DNA of 64,000 nucleotides. Origin: Nitrosopumilus sp. GTDB taxonomy: Archaea > Thermoproteota > Nitrososphaeria > Nitrososphaerales > Nitrosopumilaceae. Numbering within the stretch: position 1 is the first letter of the stretch; every line of letters starts with the position of its first letter. The position numbers and the translations under genes are program-made. Shown one piece after another: positions 39,146 to 48,475 of this stretch. Location: the NCBI GenBank assembly GCA_963662625.1, contig OY759726.1, positions 1,312,001 through 1,376,000 of the forward strand. Reading direction: 5' to 3'. The notes beneath the pieces were generated by a model, which was not told where the DNA came from, made no database searches, and saw only the letters and a program-made list of their open reading frames with translations.

Positions 39146-40570
39146 GTGATGGACCAGCAACTGCAGGAGCTCGCCGAGGCGGCTGTCAGGCACGCCGCGG
39201 ACAGGGGGGTGCAGTACTGCGACGCCAGGGCGGAGCAGCGCGCCTCGGAGTCGGCGCTGGTCGAGGACGGCCGGGTGGAGCACGTCAGGGCCGCCAGGGA
39301 CAGCGGGATCGGGATCCGCCTGCTGCACGGCGGGGCGTGGGGGTTCTGCTCGGTCGCGGCCCCGGCGTCGTTCGGGCAGGTGTCCGAGCGGCTGGACGCG
39401 GCGATCAGTGACACCATGCACTATTCCCGCGGCAAGAGGGACCCGGTCAGGCTCGCCCCGGCCCCGGCGCGCCGGGCCAGGGAGGCGTTTCCCGTGGCGT
39501 CAAGGCCGGACATGCACGAGCTGGTGCGCATCGCGCTTGACTGCGACGGGATGATCAGGGAGGGGAGGGACGTCTCAAAGTCGTCCGTGAGCCCCGCGTA
39601 CTCCGTCTCGTCGAAGTACTTTGCGAGTTCCGAGGGGGGATCCGTCCTGCAGGAGTTCACCGACGTGGTGGTCCACATGGCGGCCACGGCGCGCGGCCAC
39701 GGGGTGGCCCAGTCGGTGGACGCCACGGAGGGCGGGCGCGGCGGCACCGAGCGGGTCACAGGCGGGGACGCCGTGTACGAGTCGGCGCGCCGCGTAGCCG
39801 GGAAGGCCTCCGGGCTCCTGCGCGCGCGCCGGGCCGAGGAGGGGAAGGCCACGGTGGTGATGGATCCGGACTTTGTGGCGCTGCTGACGCACGAGATCCT
39901 CGGGCACCCGTCGGAGGCAGACAGGGTGCTCGGGAGGGAGATGGCGTGGGCGGGGGGCGCCTGGTGGGGCGGCATGCTGGGGCAGAGGATCGGCTCGGAC
40001 AGCCTCAGCGTCTTTGACGACCCCACGCTGGAGGGCAGCCTCGGCTGGTACCGCTTTGACGACGAGGGGGTGGACGCGGAGAGGACGGTGCTGGTGGAGG
40101 ACGGGATCCTGAAGGGCCACATGCAGAGCAGGGAGACTGCCGGGATCTTCGGCGCCGCCCCGACGGGGAACATGCGGGCGTCGGGGTACGGGGCGATGCC
40201 CCTGATCCGGATGGCCTGCACGTGCATAGGGGCAGGCGACTATGGCCCAGACGAGATCGTGCGCGGGGTGAGCGACGGGTACCTGATATCCGGCATGAAG
40301 GTACCGTCGATCGACATGAACAGGCACAACTGGAGCATATCGTGCCAGTACGCGCAGAGGATCATGGGCGGGGAGCCGGGCGACCTGCACAGGGACGTCA
40401 TAGTGACGGGGACGGCCCGGGACTTTTTCGACTCCATCGACGCGTGCGGCGACGATTTCGCCGTGAGGCCGATCACCAACTGCGGGAAGGGGGACCCAAT
40501 GCAGCAGATGGCGATGGGCAACGGAGGGCCCACGGTCCGCGGGCGGGCCACGGTCAGGAGCCTGGGATGA
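39146..40570 (+). CDS. tldD: TldD/PmbA family metalloprotease
   Basis: GIGIR..GAWGF, HEILGHPSEAD, FDDEG, RM, CGKG. Confidence 0.9.
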   Translation: MMDQQLQELAEAAVRHAADRGVQYCDARAEQRASESALVEDGRVEHVRAARDSGIGIRLLHGGAWGFCSVAAPASFGQVSERLDAAISDTMHYSRGKRDPVRLAPAPARRAREAFPVASRPDMHELVRIALDCDGMIREGRDVSKSSVSPAYSVSSKYFASSEGGSVLQEFTDVVVHMAATARGHGVAQSVDATEGGRGGTERVTGGDAVYESARRVAGKASGLLRARRAEEGKATVVMDPDFVALLTHEILGHPSEADRVLGREMAWAGGAWWGGMLGQRIGSDSLSVFDDPTLEGSLGWYRFDDEGVDAERTVLVEDGILKGHMQSRETAGIFGAAPTGNMRASGYGAMPLIRMACTCIGAGDYGPDEIVRGVSDGYLISGMKVPSIDMNRHNWSISCQYAQRIMGGEPGDLHRDVIVTGTARDFFDSIDACGDDFAVRPITNCGKGDPMQQMAMGNGGPTVRGRATVRSLG

Positions 40571-41160
40571 CCGCCGGCCTGGAGCGCGTGAGGGGGCAGG
40601 TGGCCGCGTGCACAATGTGCCGCCTGTCGGAGACGAGGAAGAACGCGGTTCCCGGGGAGGGGAGCTTCCGCGCCGACGTGGTCTTCGTGGGCGAGGCGCC
40701 GGGCAGGAACGAGGACGCGCAGGGCAGGCCGTTCGTCGGGGCGGCGGGGAGGAACCTCTCCGAGGCCCTGAGGGACTCGGGCATGCGGAGGGAGGACGTG
40801 TACATCACGAACGTGGTGAAGTGCAGGCCGCCGGGCAACAGGATCCCCGGCTCCCGGGAGAGGGAGGCGTGCGCCGGGTACCTCCAGAGGGAGATCCGGA
40901 TAATAGACCCGAAGATAGTCTGCGTCATGGGAAACACGGCGTTCGGCTCCGTCCTGGGCGGGACCGGGATCACGGCGCACCGCGGCAAGATCATGAGGCG
41001 GGGCGGCAGGCTGTACTTCGTGACCGTGCACCCTGCGGCCGCGATCTACAGGAGGGAGCTGCTCGGCGTGCTAAAGTCTGACATCGGGAGGCTGTCCCGC
41101 GTGATCGCAGAACTAAAAGGCGGCAGGGGGGTGCGGGTGGACGTTGAGTGCCCTTCCTAG
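40567..41160 (+). CDS. udg: Family-4 uracil-DNA glycosylase
   Basis: CxxC, VGEAPG.NED..GRPFVGAAG, NVVKCRPPGNR, HPAA; ATGA overlap with tldD. Confidence 0.93.
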   Translation: MTAGLERVRGQVAACTMCRLSETRKNAVPGEGSFRADVVFVGEAPGRNEDAQGRPFVGAAGRNLSEALRDSGMRREDVYITNVVKCRPPGNRIPGSREREACAGYLQREIRIIDPKIVCVMGNTAFGSVLGGTGITAHRGKIMRRGGRLYFVTVHPAAAIYRRELLGVLKSDIGRLSRVIAELKGGRGVRVDVECPS

Positions 41161-41695
41161 GGAGTTTTACGGCAGGGACACCGTGGCGGTCGCCAGGGGG
41201 CTGCTGGGCAAGAGGATCGTGCGCAGGATAGGGCGGCGCGACGTCTCGGTCGTAATCACCGAGACCGAGGCGTACGGGCACAGGGACGACCCGGCGAGCC
41301 ACGCGTTCAGGAGCATGACCGAGAGGAACCGGGCGATGTTCGGCCAGGTCGGCATGGCGTACGTGTACTTTACGTACGGGATGCACTACTGCTTCAACGT
41401 GGTCGCGAGGGGCCCGGGGAGCCTGGCGGGCGCGGTGCTGATACGGGCCGCGAGGCCGGAATCCGGCGCCGACGTGATGGCAAGGAACAGGAAGAACTCC
41501 AGGAACATCTGCGACGGACCGGCCAGGCTGACGCAGGCGCTGGGAATCACCAAGGCCCAGTACGGGGCGGACCTCACGGAGCGCTCCGGGCTTTACATCG
41601 CGGAGGGGGACGGGCCCGGGAGGATCCTGGCGGGCCCCAGGGTCGGCATACGCCGGGCGACCGGGCTGCCGTGGAACTTCAGGGCGGTGGGCTAG
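41144..41695 (+). CDS. mpg: 3-methyladenine DNA glycosylase (MPG/AAG)
   Basis: ETEAY, DPASHA, YVYFTYGMHYCFNV, AVLIRA, GPARL, PRVGI. Confidence 0.93.
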   Translation: MSALPREFYGRDTVAVARGLLGKRIVRRIGRRDVSVVITETEAYGHRDDPASHAFRSMTERNRAMFGQVGMAYVYFTYGMHYCFNVVARGPGSLAGAVLIRAARPESGADVMARNRKNSRNICDGPARLTQALGITKAQYGADLTERSGLYIAEGDGPGRILAGPRVGIRRATGLPWNFRAVG

Positions 41696-42333
41696 TCCTC
41701 CTCCTCCAGGGTCCACGGGGCGACCCTCCCGAGTATCCGGTGCCAGTCCAGCCTCAACAGCAGTACCACGACGGCGGTCATCGCGGCGCCGAACACGATC
41801 ATGCCGGTGTACACCACGGACGCGTCCTCCACGTCGCTCAGGAACGGCTCCACCAGGGATATCCCCAGGTTGCGTGATATCAGCACGATGGCGTAGCTCA
41901 GGACTATCTTTCCTGCCAGCGTCGCTATGAAGAACCTCAGCGGGTTGTACTTGGCCAGCCCTAGCGGGACGTAGACCAGATCGTCGGGGATCGGCGTGGC
42001 CGCCGCGAAGAACGCGGCCCCGGCGCCGTACCTCTTCACCAGCCTCTCGAACGGCCGCATCCTGCGCCTGGTCTCCTCCCTGATTATCTTCCTGCCGGTG
42101 TAGCTCACGGTGAAGATGATCTGCTTTGCGGCGGTGGCGGATGCCGCCGACAGCAGAGCCAGGACGTGGACGTTGAACTGGTCGCCTATCGACATCGTAG
42201 CGAGCAGCAGGAACCCCGGAAGCGGGACGAACGGGATGAGCGAGCCGAGGAAGTTGACCAGCCCCAGCCCCAGGTATCCCACCTCGGGGGCGAAGGGGAA
42301 TATGTCCGCAAAGTCCAATGCTCTTGGAGGCAA
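41692..42333 (-). CDS. DedA/VTT (SNARE-associated) membrane protein
   Basis: IPFVPLP, AATPIPDD, F.IATLAGKI; multi-TM. Confidence 0.85.
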   Translation of the reverse strand: MPPRALDFADIFPFAPEVGYLGLGLVNFLGSLIPFVPLPGFLLLATMSIGDQFNVHVLALLSAASATAAKQIIFTVSYTGRKIIREETRRRMRPFERLVKRYGAGAAFFAAATPIPDDLVYVPLGLAKYNPLRFFIATLAGKIVLSYAIVLISRNLGISLVEPFLSDVEDASVVYTGMIVFGAAMTAVVVLLLRLDWHRILGRVAPWTLEEED

Positions 42334-42427
42334 CCCGTTTTATTATAACGGTTCGGCGGGAAACGCCAGTCCCCGGGGCGCGCCGGCTCCCCCGGGCCTC
42401 CTGCCCCGGGGGAACCGGCGGGCCGGC

Positions 42428-42658
42428 CTACACGTTCACGTCAAACCCGTACTCCACCCCTATGTCGTCGAGTCCCGGCATGAGCAGCAGGTTCAGCCCG
42501 ATGCCGACGACCGCGAGGGCGATCCCCAGGTACAGGCAGTTCTTCGCCTTCCTGGAGTCGTCGTGGCGCAGGACAAAGTACGCGATGATCCCGCCAATCA
42601 GCCCGAGGAAGATCGGCAGCAGGAACCACCAGTTGCTCCTGGGGCGGTCGGGCTGCAT
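42428..42658 (-). CDS. Small membrane protein
   Basis: WWFLLPIFLGLIGGIIAYF..DD..KAKNCLYLGI. Confidence 0.75.
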   Translation of the reverse strand: MQPDRPRSNWWFLLPIFLGLIGGIIAYFVLRHDDSRKAKNCLYLGIALAVVGIGLNLLLMPGLDDIGVEYGFDVNV

Positions 42659-42756
42659 GATGGTATTGGTGCCGGGCGCCGTTTATTATGCTTTTTACGG
42701 GGGCCCGCGCGGCACCCGCCCCCGCACCAATGATTAAAATACAATATTCCCGCAGC

Positions 42757-43140
42757 ATGTTCGGGTTGCTAAAGAAAGACTACTCGAAGGTCTGCGGGGA
42801 GATATCCAAAATCAGCCCGTACATCAGGTTCGTGGGCCTGGTCGGCAAGGGAGGCAAGCTGCTTGCGTACGACAGGAGGCGCGGCATGAAGCCGCTCCTG
42901 AACGCGAGGAACACAAAGTACCAGTTCTCGCACATCGCGATAAAGACGGACATGGAGGGCTTCTTTGACCGGAGCCTGGGCCATGTGCAGTTCATCTGGG
43001 AGGAGCGGGAGAAGGTGCAGACCATCTCCTTCGGGATAAAGAAGATCAGGATCTGGATCTCGATCGACAAGATGGTGGTCCGCTCCGAGATGCTGCGCAT
43101 AATCGACGCGTGCCTCCCGATAGTCCGGAGGTACCAGTAG
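42757..43140 (+). CDS. Thaumarchaeal profilin/roadblock-like hypothetical protein
   Basis: IRFVGLV..GKLLA...F...LG.VQFI..EREKV pattern. Confidence 0.65.
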   Translation: MFGLLKKDYSKVCGEISKISPYIRFVGLVGKGGKLLAYDRRRGMKPLLNARNTKYQFSHIAIKTDMEGFFDRSLGHVQFIWEEREKVQTISFGIKKIRIWISIDKMVVRSEMLRIIDACLPIVRRYQ

Positions 43141-43154
43141 GCCCCCGCGGCGGG

Positions 43155-44090
43155 TCACCCCGTGTCGTACAGCCAGCACCTCACGTAGCCCGAACCCGCC
43201 TTGAACTTCGGAGGGGGCTGCCTGCACCTCTCCGCCGCCTCCGGGCACCTGTCGATGAACCTGCACTCCGTGGGGGGGGACAGCAGGCTCGGGGGCGTGC
43301 CCCTGATGTACTCCGGCTTGCCCCCGCTCAGGGTGGGGATCGACCTCAGCAGCCCCTGCGTGTACGGGTGCTTGGGATCCCCGTACACGTCCTCGGCCGA
43401 CCCGTATTCCACCATCTGCCCGCCGTACATGACCCCCACCATGTCGGCGACCTCGGAGAGCACGGCCAGGTCGTGCGTGATCAGCATGAACGACGTGCCC
43501 TGCCCCTTGAGGTCCTTGAGCAGGTTGACTATCTGCGCCTGGATGAGCACGTCAAGCGCGGTGGTGGGCTCGTCGGCGATCACCAGGCTGGGCTTCAGCA
43601 GCAGCGCCATCGCGATTACCGCGCGCTGCCTCATCCCGCCGCTCAGCTCGTGCGGGTACTTTTCCAGGACCTCCCCGCCGAGGCCCACGGAGCGCATGGC
43701 GTCGGAGACGGCCACGTCGGCGTCGCCCTCAAAGCCGTGCTGCCTGAGCACCTCCATGAACTGGTCCCGGACGGTGAACACGGGATCCAGCGAGTTCATC
43801 GCGCCCTGGAACACCATCGACACCTTCTTCCACCTGTACTCCCCGTCGAAGTCGGACTCGGGCATGTCCAGTATGGACCTGCCGTCGAAGAGGATCTCGC
43901 CGCTGACCTCGGCGCCGGAGAGCATCCGGACCATGGCCAGCCCCAGCGTGCTCTTGCCGCAGGCGCTCTCCCCGGCGATACCAACCGACTTTCCGCCGCG
44001 CAGCTCAAAGTCCACGCCGTCTGCCGCGTAGACCGGGCCCCCGGGCGTCGGGTACCTCACGGACAGGCCGGAGACTCGCAGGTCGTCCAT
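43155..44090 (-). CDS. Oligo/dipeptide ABC transporter ATP-binding protein (OppD/DppD)
   Basis: GESACGKST, YPHELSGGMRQR, ADEPTTALDV, HPYTQGL, C-terminal Cys motif. Confidence 0.93.
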   Translation of the reverse strand: MDDLRVSGLSVRYPTPGGPVYAADGVDFELRGGKSVGIAGESACGKSTLGLAMVRMLSGAEVSGEILFDGRSILDMPESDFDGEYRWKKVSMVFQGAMNSLDPVFTVRDQFMEVLRQHGFEGDADVAVSDAMRSVGLGGEVLEKYPHELSGGMRQRAVIAMALLLKPSLVIADEPTTALDVLIQAQIVNLLKDLKGQGTSFMLITHDLAVLSEVADMVGVMYGGQMVEYGSAEDVYGDPKHPYTQGLLRSIPTLSGGKPEYIRGTPPSLLSPPTECRFIDRCPEAAERCRQPPPKFKAGSGYVRCWLYDTG

Positions 44091-44192
44091 ACAGGTACTG
44101 GGGGCGCGCCCGCTTTTGTGTCTTGCATGCCGCGACGTGATCCGGCCCGGCCGCACTAGGGTTATAAGCGGCGCCGGAATACCCAATGGGTC

Positions 44193-44711
44193 ATGAACCT
44201 GCCCATATGCGGATTTGACGCGAAAAACGCGCTGCTGTGCCCGCAGTGCGAGGCTAGGCTAGGCGACGGCAGCCTGTCCAGGTCGGACGTCGACGCGTCG
44301 ATAAAGCTCGCGCGGCTGGCAAAAGAAAGCCCGGAGATCGACGGGTTCACGCTCTTCTCCTGCGCCGAGATAGGCGCCAACGTGGTCATCGCCCTGGACA
44401 AGAGCGACATCAGGGCGATAAGGCAGAGCAGGACGCTGTACGGGCTGATCCGCGCGCAGTTCGAGCAGAAGATCTGGCTCGTGGGGGCCGGCGAGGGAGA
44501 CGAGAGGTTCATCGGGGACCTGTTCTTCCCGACCAAGGTGCTGTCGGTCAACACCGTCTGGGCGCCGGGGGGCGCCAGGAGGGCAAAGGCCGTGATCTCG
44601 GGCAGGCGGACCAGCAAGTTCCCGATCGACACCGACCAGGTGGTCCGGATAGTCAAGGACGCCCGAAACATCGACATCGAGATAGAGTTCGAGGAGCAGG
44701 CGGTGGTATAG
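44193..44711 (+). CDS. Archaeal NusA-like KH protein
   Basis: LPIC.FD..LCPQCE N-terminus; located upstream of aspS. Confidence 0.7.
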   Translation: MNLPICGFDAKNALLCPQCEARLGDGSLSRSDVDASIKLARLAKESPEIDGFTLFSCAEIGANVVIALDKSDIRAIRQSRTLYGLIRAQFEQKIWLVGAGEGDERFIGDLFFPTKVLSVNTVWAPGGARRAKAVISGRRTSKFPIDTDQVVRIVKDARNIDIEIEFEEQAVV

Positions 44712-44714
44712 GGC

Positions 44715-46001
44715 TTGGGATTCGCAAAGACGCACGACATCGTGGACCTTTCCGGGAGCCAGATAGGCGGGGAGGTGACCGTCGGCGGGTGGGTCGAGGA
44801 TCTCAGGAAGCTCGGCAAGATGACGTTCATCACGCTGCGCGACGTGACCGGGATCTCGCAGGTGGTGGTAAAGGGGGGCCTGAACGACGCCCTCGGGGAG
44901 GTGAACAGGCAGAGCGTGATCCGCGTCAGGGGGGTGCTGCAGGAGACCAAGGCGCGCGACTTTGGGTTCGAGGTGAGGGCGGAGCAGATCGACGTGCTCG
45001 CGAGGGCCGTCCACCCGCTGCCGGTAGACCCGATCGGCAGGCTGGAGAGCAACATAGACACGAGGCTGAACCACCGGGCGCTGGACATGAGGAACCAGAG
45101 GACCGCGTCGATCTTCAAGATAAGGCACCGCGTCCTGCAGTCGCTGCGCAGCACGCTCGTGCGGAGGAAGTTCATAGAGATCACCACGCCGAAGATAATC
45201 GGCAGCGCCAGCGAGGGCGGGGCCAACCTGTTCTCGCTGGAGTACTTCGGCAGGACAGCCTACCTAGCGCAGAGCCCCCAGCTGTACAAGGAGCAGATGA
45301 CAATCGGGCTGGAACGCGTGTTCGAGATAGCGAACTTTTACCGCGCGGAGAACTCCCACACGGGGCGGCACCTGAGCGAGTTCACCAGCGTGGACGTGGA
45401 GGCGGCGTTCATGGACTACGGGGACGTGATGGGGGTGCTGGAGGAGCTGGTGACGCGTGCGTACGCCGACGCGGCGGAGGACTGCGAGGCGGAGCAGCGG
45501 GCGCTCTCGCACGAGATCAGGGCCCCGGAGGCGCCGTTTGAGAGGGTCACGTACTCCCGGTGCGTCGACGAGGTGAGGGAGGCCGGAGGGGAGATCGAGT
45601 TCGGCGACGACCTGCTCGACTCGCACCTGAGGATCGTCGGGGAGAGGCACCCGGGGTTCTTCTTCCTGACGGACTGGCCCATGAAGCTCAAGCCGTTTTA
45701 CATCAGGGAAAAGGACGGGGACGCCGGGCTGTCCAGGTCGTTTGACCTGCAGTGCGGGTACCTGGAGCTGGCGTCAGGGGGCACCAGGCTCCACGACCCG
45801 GAGCTCCTCAAGGCGAGGCTGGGGGAGCAGGGCCTCGACCCGTCGCAGTTCGCGGACCACCTGGAGGCGTTCGGGTGGGGCATGCCGCCGCATTCGGGCT
45901 GGGGGATGGGGCTTGACAGGCTGGTGGCCACGCTCGCCGGGATCGACAACGTGCGCGAGGTCGTGCTGTACCCCCGCGACCCTGACAGGCTCAGGCCGTA
46001 G
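44715..46001 (+). CDS. aspS: Aspartyl-tRNA synthetase (archaeal, probably non-discriminating)
   Basis: OB-fold, SEGGANLF, LAQSPQLYK, YRAENSHT.RHLSEF, GMPPHSGWGMGLDR. Confidence 0.96.
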   Translation: MGFAKTHDIVDLSGSQIGGEVTVGGWVEDLRKLGKMTFITLRDVTGISQVVVKGGLNDALGEVNRQSVIRVRGVLQETKARDFGFEVRAEQIDVLARAVHPLPVDPIGRLESNIDTRLNHRALDMRNQRTASIFKIRHRVLQSLRSTLVRRKFIEITTPKIIGSASEGGANLFSLEYFGRTAYLAQSPQLYKEQMTIGLERVFEIANFYRAENSHTGRHLSEFTSVDVEAAFMDYGDVMGVLEELVTRAYADAAEDCEAEQRALSHEIRAPEAPFERVTYSRCVDEVREAGGEIEFGDDLLDSHLRIVGERHPGFFFLTDWPMKLKPFYIREKDGDAGLSRSFDLQCGYLELASGGTRLHDPELLKARLGEQGLDPSQFADHLEAFGWGMPPHSGWGMGLDRLVATLAGIDNVREVVLYPRDPDRLRP

Positions 46002-46035
46002 ATGGTTTTTATCCCGAGGAGCCCCACAACATCCC

Positions 46036-46278
46036 ATGATAGACCAGGATGACGCAAAGAGGGTGGTCGAGGTCATCGGCAACAACCTGGTGGGGGTGTC
46101 GCACGACTCCGGGAGCTTCCGTAAGCTGCCGGACAGCTACTGGGGCTACTTTGCGAGGGGCCACGACAAGAAGGGCGCCTTCGGGGTGATCGTGACGTAC
46201 TCCGAGGACGCCGGCGACGTCGACCTGCTGATCAAGATGTACGAGGAGTGGGCGGAAAGGAACAAGAGGCCCGGGTGA
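46036..46278 (+). CDS. Hypothetical protein
   Basis: 80-aa coding-like ORF from ATG 46036. Confidence 0.65.
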   Translation: MIDQDDAKRVVEVIGNNLVGVSHDSGSFRKLPDSYWGYFARGHDKKGAFGVIVTYSEDAGDVDLLIKMYEEWAERNKRPG

Positions 46279-46410
46279 TCATTTGGTCTCCCGCAGGAGC
46301 TTCCTGTATCCCTGGCACTCCTTGCAGATCGGCTTGCCGCGGTAGGCCGGGTTGCCGTCCTTGATCTTGAGGGTCCCGGCGCCCGCCTTGCAGATGCAGC
46401 ACGCCGCCAT
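46279..46410 (-). CDS. Small zinc-finger protein
   Basis: CCIC...ICKEC. Confidence 0.55.
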   Translation of the reverse strand: MAACCICKAGAGTLKIKDGNPAYRGKPICKECQGYRKLLRETK

Positions 46411-46481
46411 GGCGTACTGGCGGGCGCCCGGATTTATAAGAATTCGCAAAAGAGATAAGCCACGGGGCGGCAACATGAGGG

Positions 46482-46838
46482 GTGTACCGGTGCGACTTTT
46501 GCGGCTCTGCGTTCGGGGACAGGATATGCTACTTCTGCGACAGGGGGTGCTGCACCAACTGCATGACGGACGACAGGACGCGCTGCAAGGAGTGCTACGT
46601 CAGCAAGCGGAGGCTCGGATGGAAGAAGCTCGTGCGGAAGAACAGGGTCGTGCTGGTCTTCGCGGGGTTCCTGTGGTTCTACGCGGTGTACCCCGGCCCG
46701 TTCCTGCCGGGGCTGGATCCGGGGTTTTACACCGTCACGCTAATCGCGGCGGTGCTGATAATGATCCCCGTGGGCCTCGCCATGTTCTTCTGGTCCATCA
46801 ACCCGCCGACTTCCGACGTGAGGCGGCGGCGGGACTGA
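46482..46838 (+). CDS. Zinc-finger membrane protein
   Basis: Four CxxC motifs followed by two TM helices. Confidence 0.8.
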   Translation: MYRCDFCGSAFGDRICYFCDRGCCTNCMTDDRTRCKECYVSKRRLGWKKLVRKNRVVLVFAGFLWFYAVYPGPFLPGLDPGFYTVTLIAAVLIMIPVGLAMFFWSINPPTSDVRRRRD

Positions 46839-47005
46839 CCGCGCGGCCGGCGCCGCGCGCCACGGGGGGGGGGGGCCACGGCCCGATCCTCCGGCGCGCC
46901 GCGGCATCATGTTGCCGAACCGGGTTCCGGCGGGGCGCGCCATACGAGCAAAGGCGTTCCAAGAGTGGCGCCCACAAACGGTTCCGGCAGGCGCGTCGGG
47001 GCGCT

Positions 47006-47329
47006 CTACACCCCGATCTTCTCGCACTTTGCCACCACGTCGGAGTAGAGGCTGAGGGGGACTATCTTGACCGAGTTGAAGCCGGACAGGCCGCTGTCTA
47101 TCGCCGCCTGCTGCAGTAGGTGGGGGTCGCTCGCGTCGACCACCCAGACGAACGTGTGTTCCAGCGCGGAGTGGTACTGGCCGACCACCCGGCTTATGCC
47201 GTACCTGTCCTTGATCACCGCGCCGTCCTCGAAGAAGGACTTTCCGTCAATGACGCTCTTCCTGCTTTGCCGGTTGTTCAGCGGGCACCCTTCTACCGTG
47301 TGCTCCCCGTACAACCCGAACAGCGCCAT
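47006..47329 (-). CDS. Hypothetical protein (ferredoxin-like fold, DUF3303-like)
   Basis: HTVEGCP, HSALEHTFVWVVDA, VKIVP. Confidence 0.7.
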   Translation of the reverse strand: MALFGLYGEHTVEGCPLNNRQSRKSVIDGKSFFEDGAVIKDRYGISRVVGQYHSALEHTFVWVVDASDPHLLQQAAIDSGLSGFNSVKIVPLSLYSDVVAKCEKIGV

Positions 47330-47374
47330 AGCATGCGGTATGCGCCCGAGCATATTTAACTGTATTTTTAAAAC

Positions 47375-47441
47375 CAGTTAAGCGAAATGTACCCGATCCC
47401 GCCCCCTCATGGCGGGGGCTTGGGCTCCAGCATCCGGGCCG
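47375..47441 (-). mobile_element. Right end of ISH3/IS4-like element (transposase C-terminal stub plus TIR)
   Basis: CAGTTAAGCGAAATGTACCC matches the end at 11747 (17/20); minus strand reads ARMLEPKPPP*. Confidence 0.5.
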
Positions 47442-47748
47442 CAGTTAACACCTTATTAAATCGCTCAAACCATTGTGACAACATTACCTGACCGAAAGAT
47501 CCAGATCATGCGCGTGCCGACTGTCACCATGGAACGAAAAAACAGGCTGAAAAGGGGCCCGGCGTTCCTTCCCGGCACCAGCGTGCCGTACCTGAAGGCG
47601 TGCCACGGGAAGGAGGGAGACCCCAAGGCCCGCGAGAGGCTGCTGGCGTGCATGATGAGGAAGGAGGGGCTCACGGCGCGCCAGATAGCGTCGAGGCTGA
47701 ACCGCAGCCCCTCCGCCATGGGCCTCGAAAGGGGCGCAGGACGAGTTC

Positions 47749-47775
47749 AAAAAAAAAAAAAAAAAAAAAAAAAAA
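47749..47775 (+). repeat. A27 homopolymer at the IS630 orfA/orfB junction
   Basis: GAGTTC followed by 27 A, then CGGCG. Confidence 0.9.
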
Positions 47776-47800
47776 CGGCGCGGCTGGCACGCAGGTACCG

Positions 47801-47932
47801 TAGTCAACGCATTATCTATCCGTTCATTTTGGGCGTAACGGGTTCCTTTTTGAGTACAGTGGTGGGAGTGGATTCGCACACAATGCGTGTTTTGGCGGCT
47901 CACTGTTGAGCGATTTCATAAGGCGTTGACTA
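47801..47932 (-). mobile_element. 132-bp MITE of the same IS630 family, inserted in reverse orientation
   Basis: TIRs TAGTCAACGC / GCGTTGACTA; both sub-termini match the two ends of the host element. Confidence 0.85.
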
Positions 47933-48475
47933 CGCAAGCTAGGCTACGTCGTCCCCGTGGGGGATGATGCCACCGTCGGCATCGGGGGCAACAGGGCGCG
48001 CTACGGCTGGCACGGGAGGGGGAAGGGGAAGACCGCGCCGGTCACGCTCTCAAGGGACAGGAAGCACGCGTTTGGCGTCCTCGGGGACGGGGAGTCCTGC
48101 TGCATGTCCTGCGACCAGAAGAACTCCGGCGTGTTCATAAGGTTCCCGGGCAGGGTCCGCAGGAGGTTCGGCAAGGTGCCCGTGTTCGCGTACAACGCGT
48201 CGTGGCACGAGTCCAAGGCGGTGCTGCGCCACGTGAGGGAGTGCGGGGACGTCCGGCTGGAGTACTTTCCCCCGCACGCCCCGGAGCTTGACGGCACCGG
48301 GGTGCAGTGGAGGGTGATGAGGAACTCCATGGGCAACCGCCTGTACGCGGACATCGGGGAGGCCGTGGGATCCATACGCTCCATGATCCGCGAGAAGGAG
48401 ATCGTTCCGGTCAAAATGAACGATTACTTAATGTGTTGACTACGCTATGCAATAACTTAAATAATTTACTGCATA

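Larger units (their letters stand above)
47442..48442 (+). mobile_element. Degenerate IS630-family element (internally deleted, MITE-disrupted)
   Basis: HTH ORF (EGDPKARERLLAC..IASRL); decayed DDE ORF (GDDA, YNASWH, FPPHAPELD); ends CAGTTAACACCTTA and TAATGTGTTGACTA. Confidence 0.85.

Noticed and set aside
40222-40566. N-terminal extensions in the ORF track (udg here; also iscS, larC, fbp, tuf, ilvH and 63333)
   Set aside because: The extensions overlap neighbouring genes or GC-rich intergenic DNA. Family motifs start at the downstream starts used in the feature list.
47749-47775. Poly(A) tail of a retroelement, or a poly-Lys protein
   Set aside because: No reverse transcriptase or matching target duplication; it lies at the IS630 frameshift junction.
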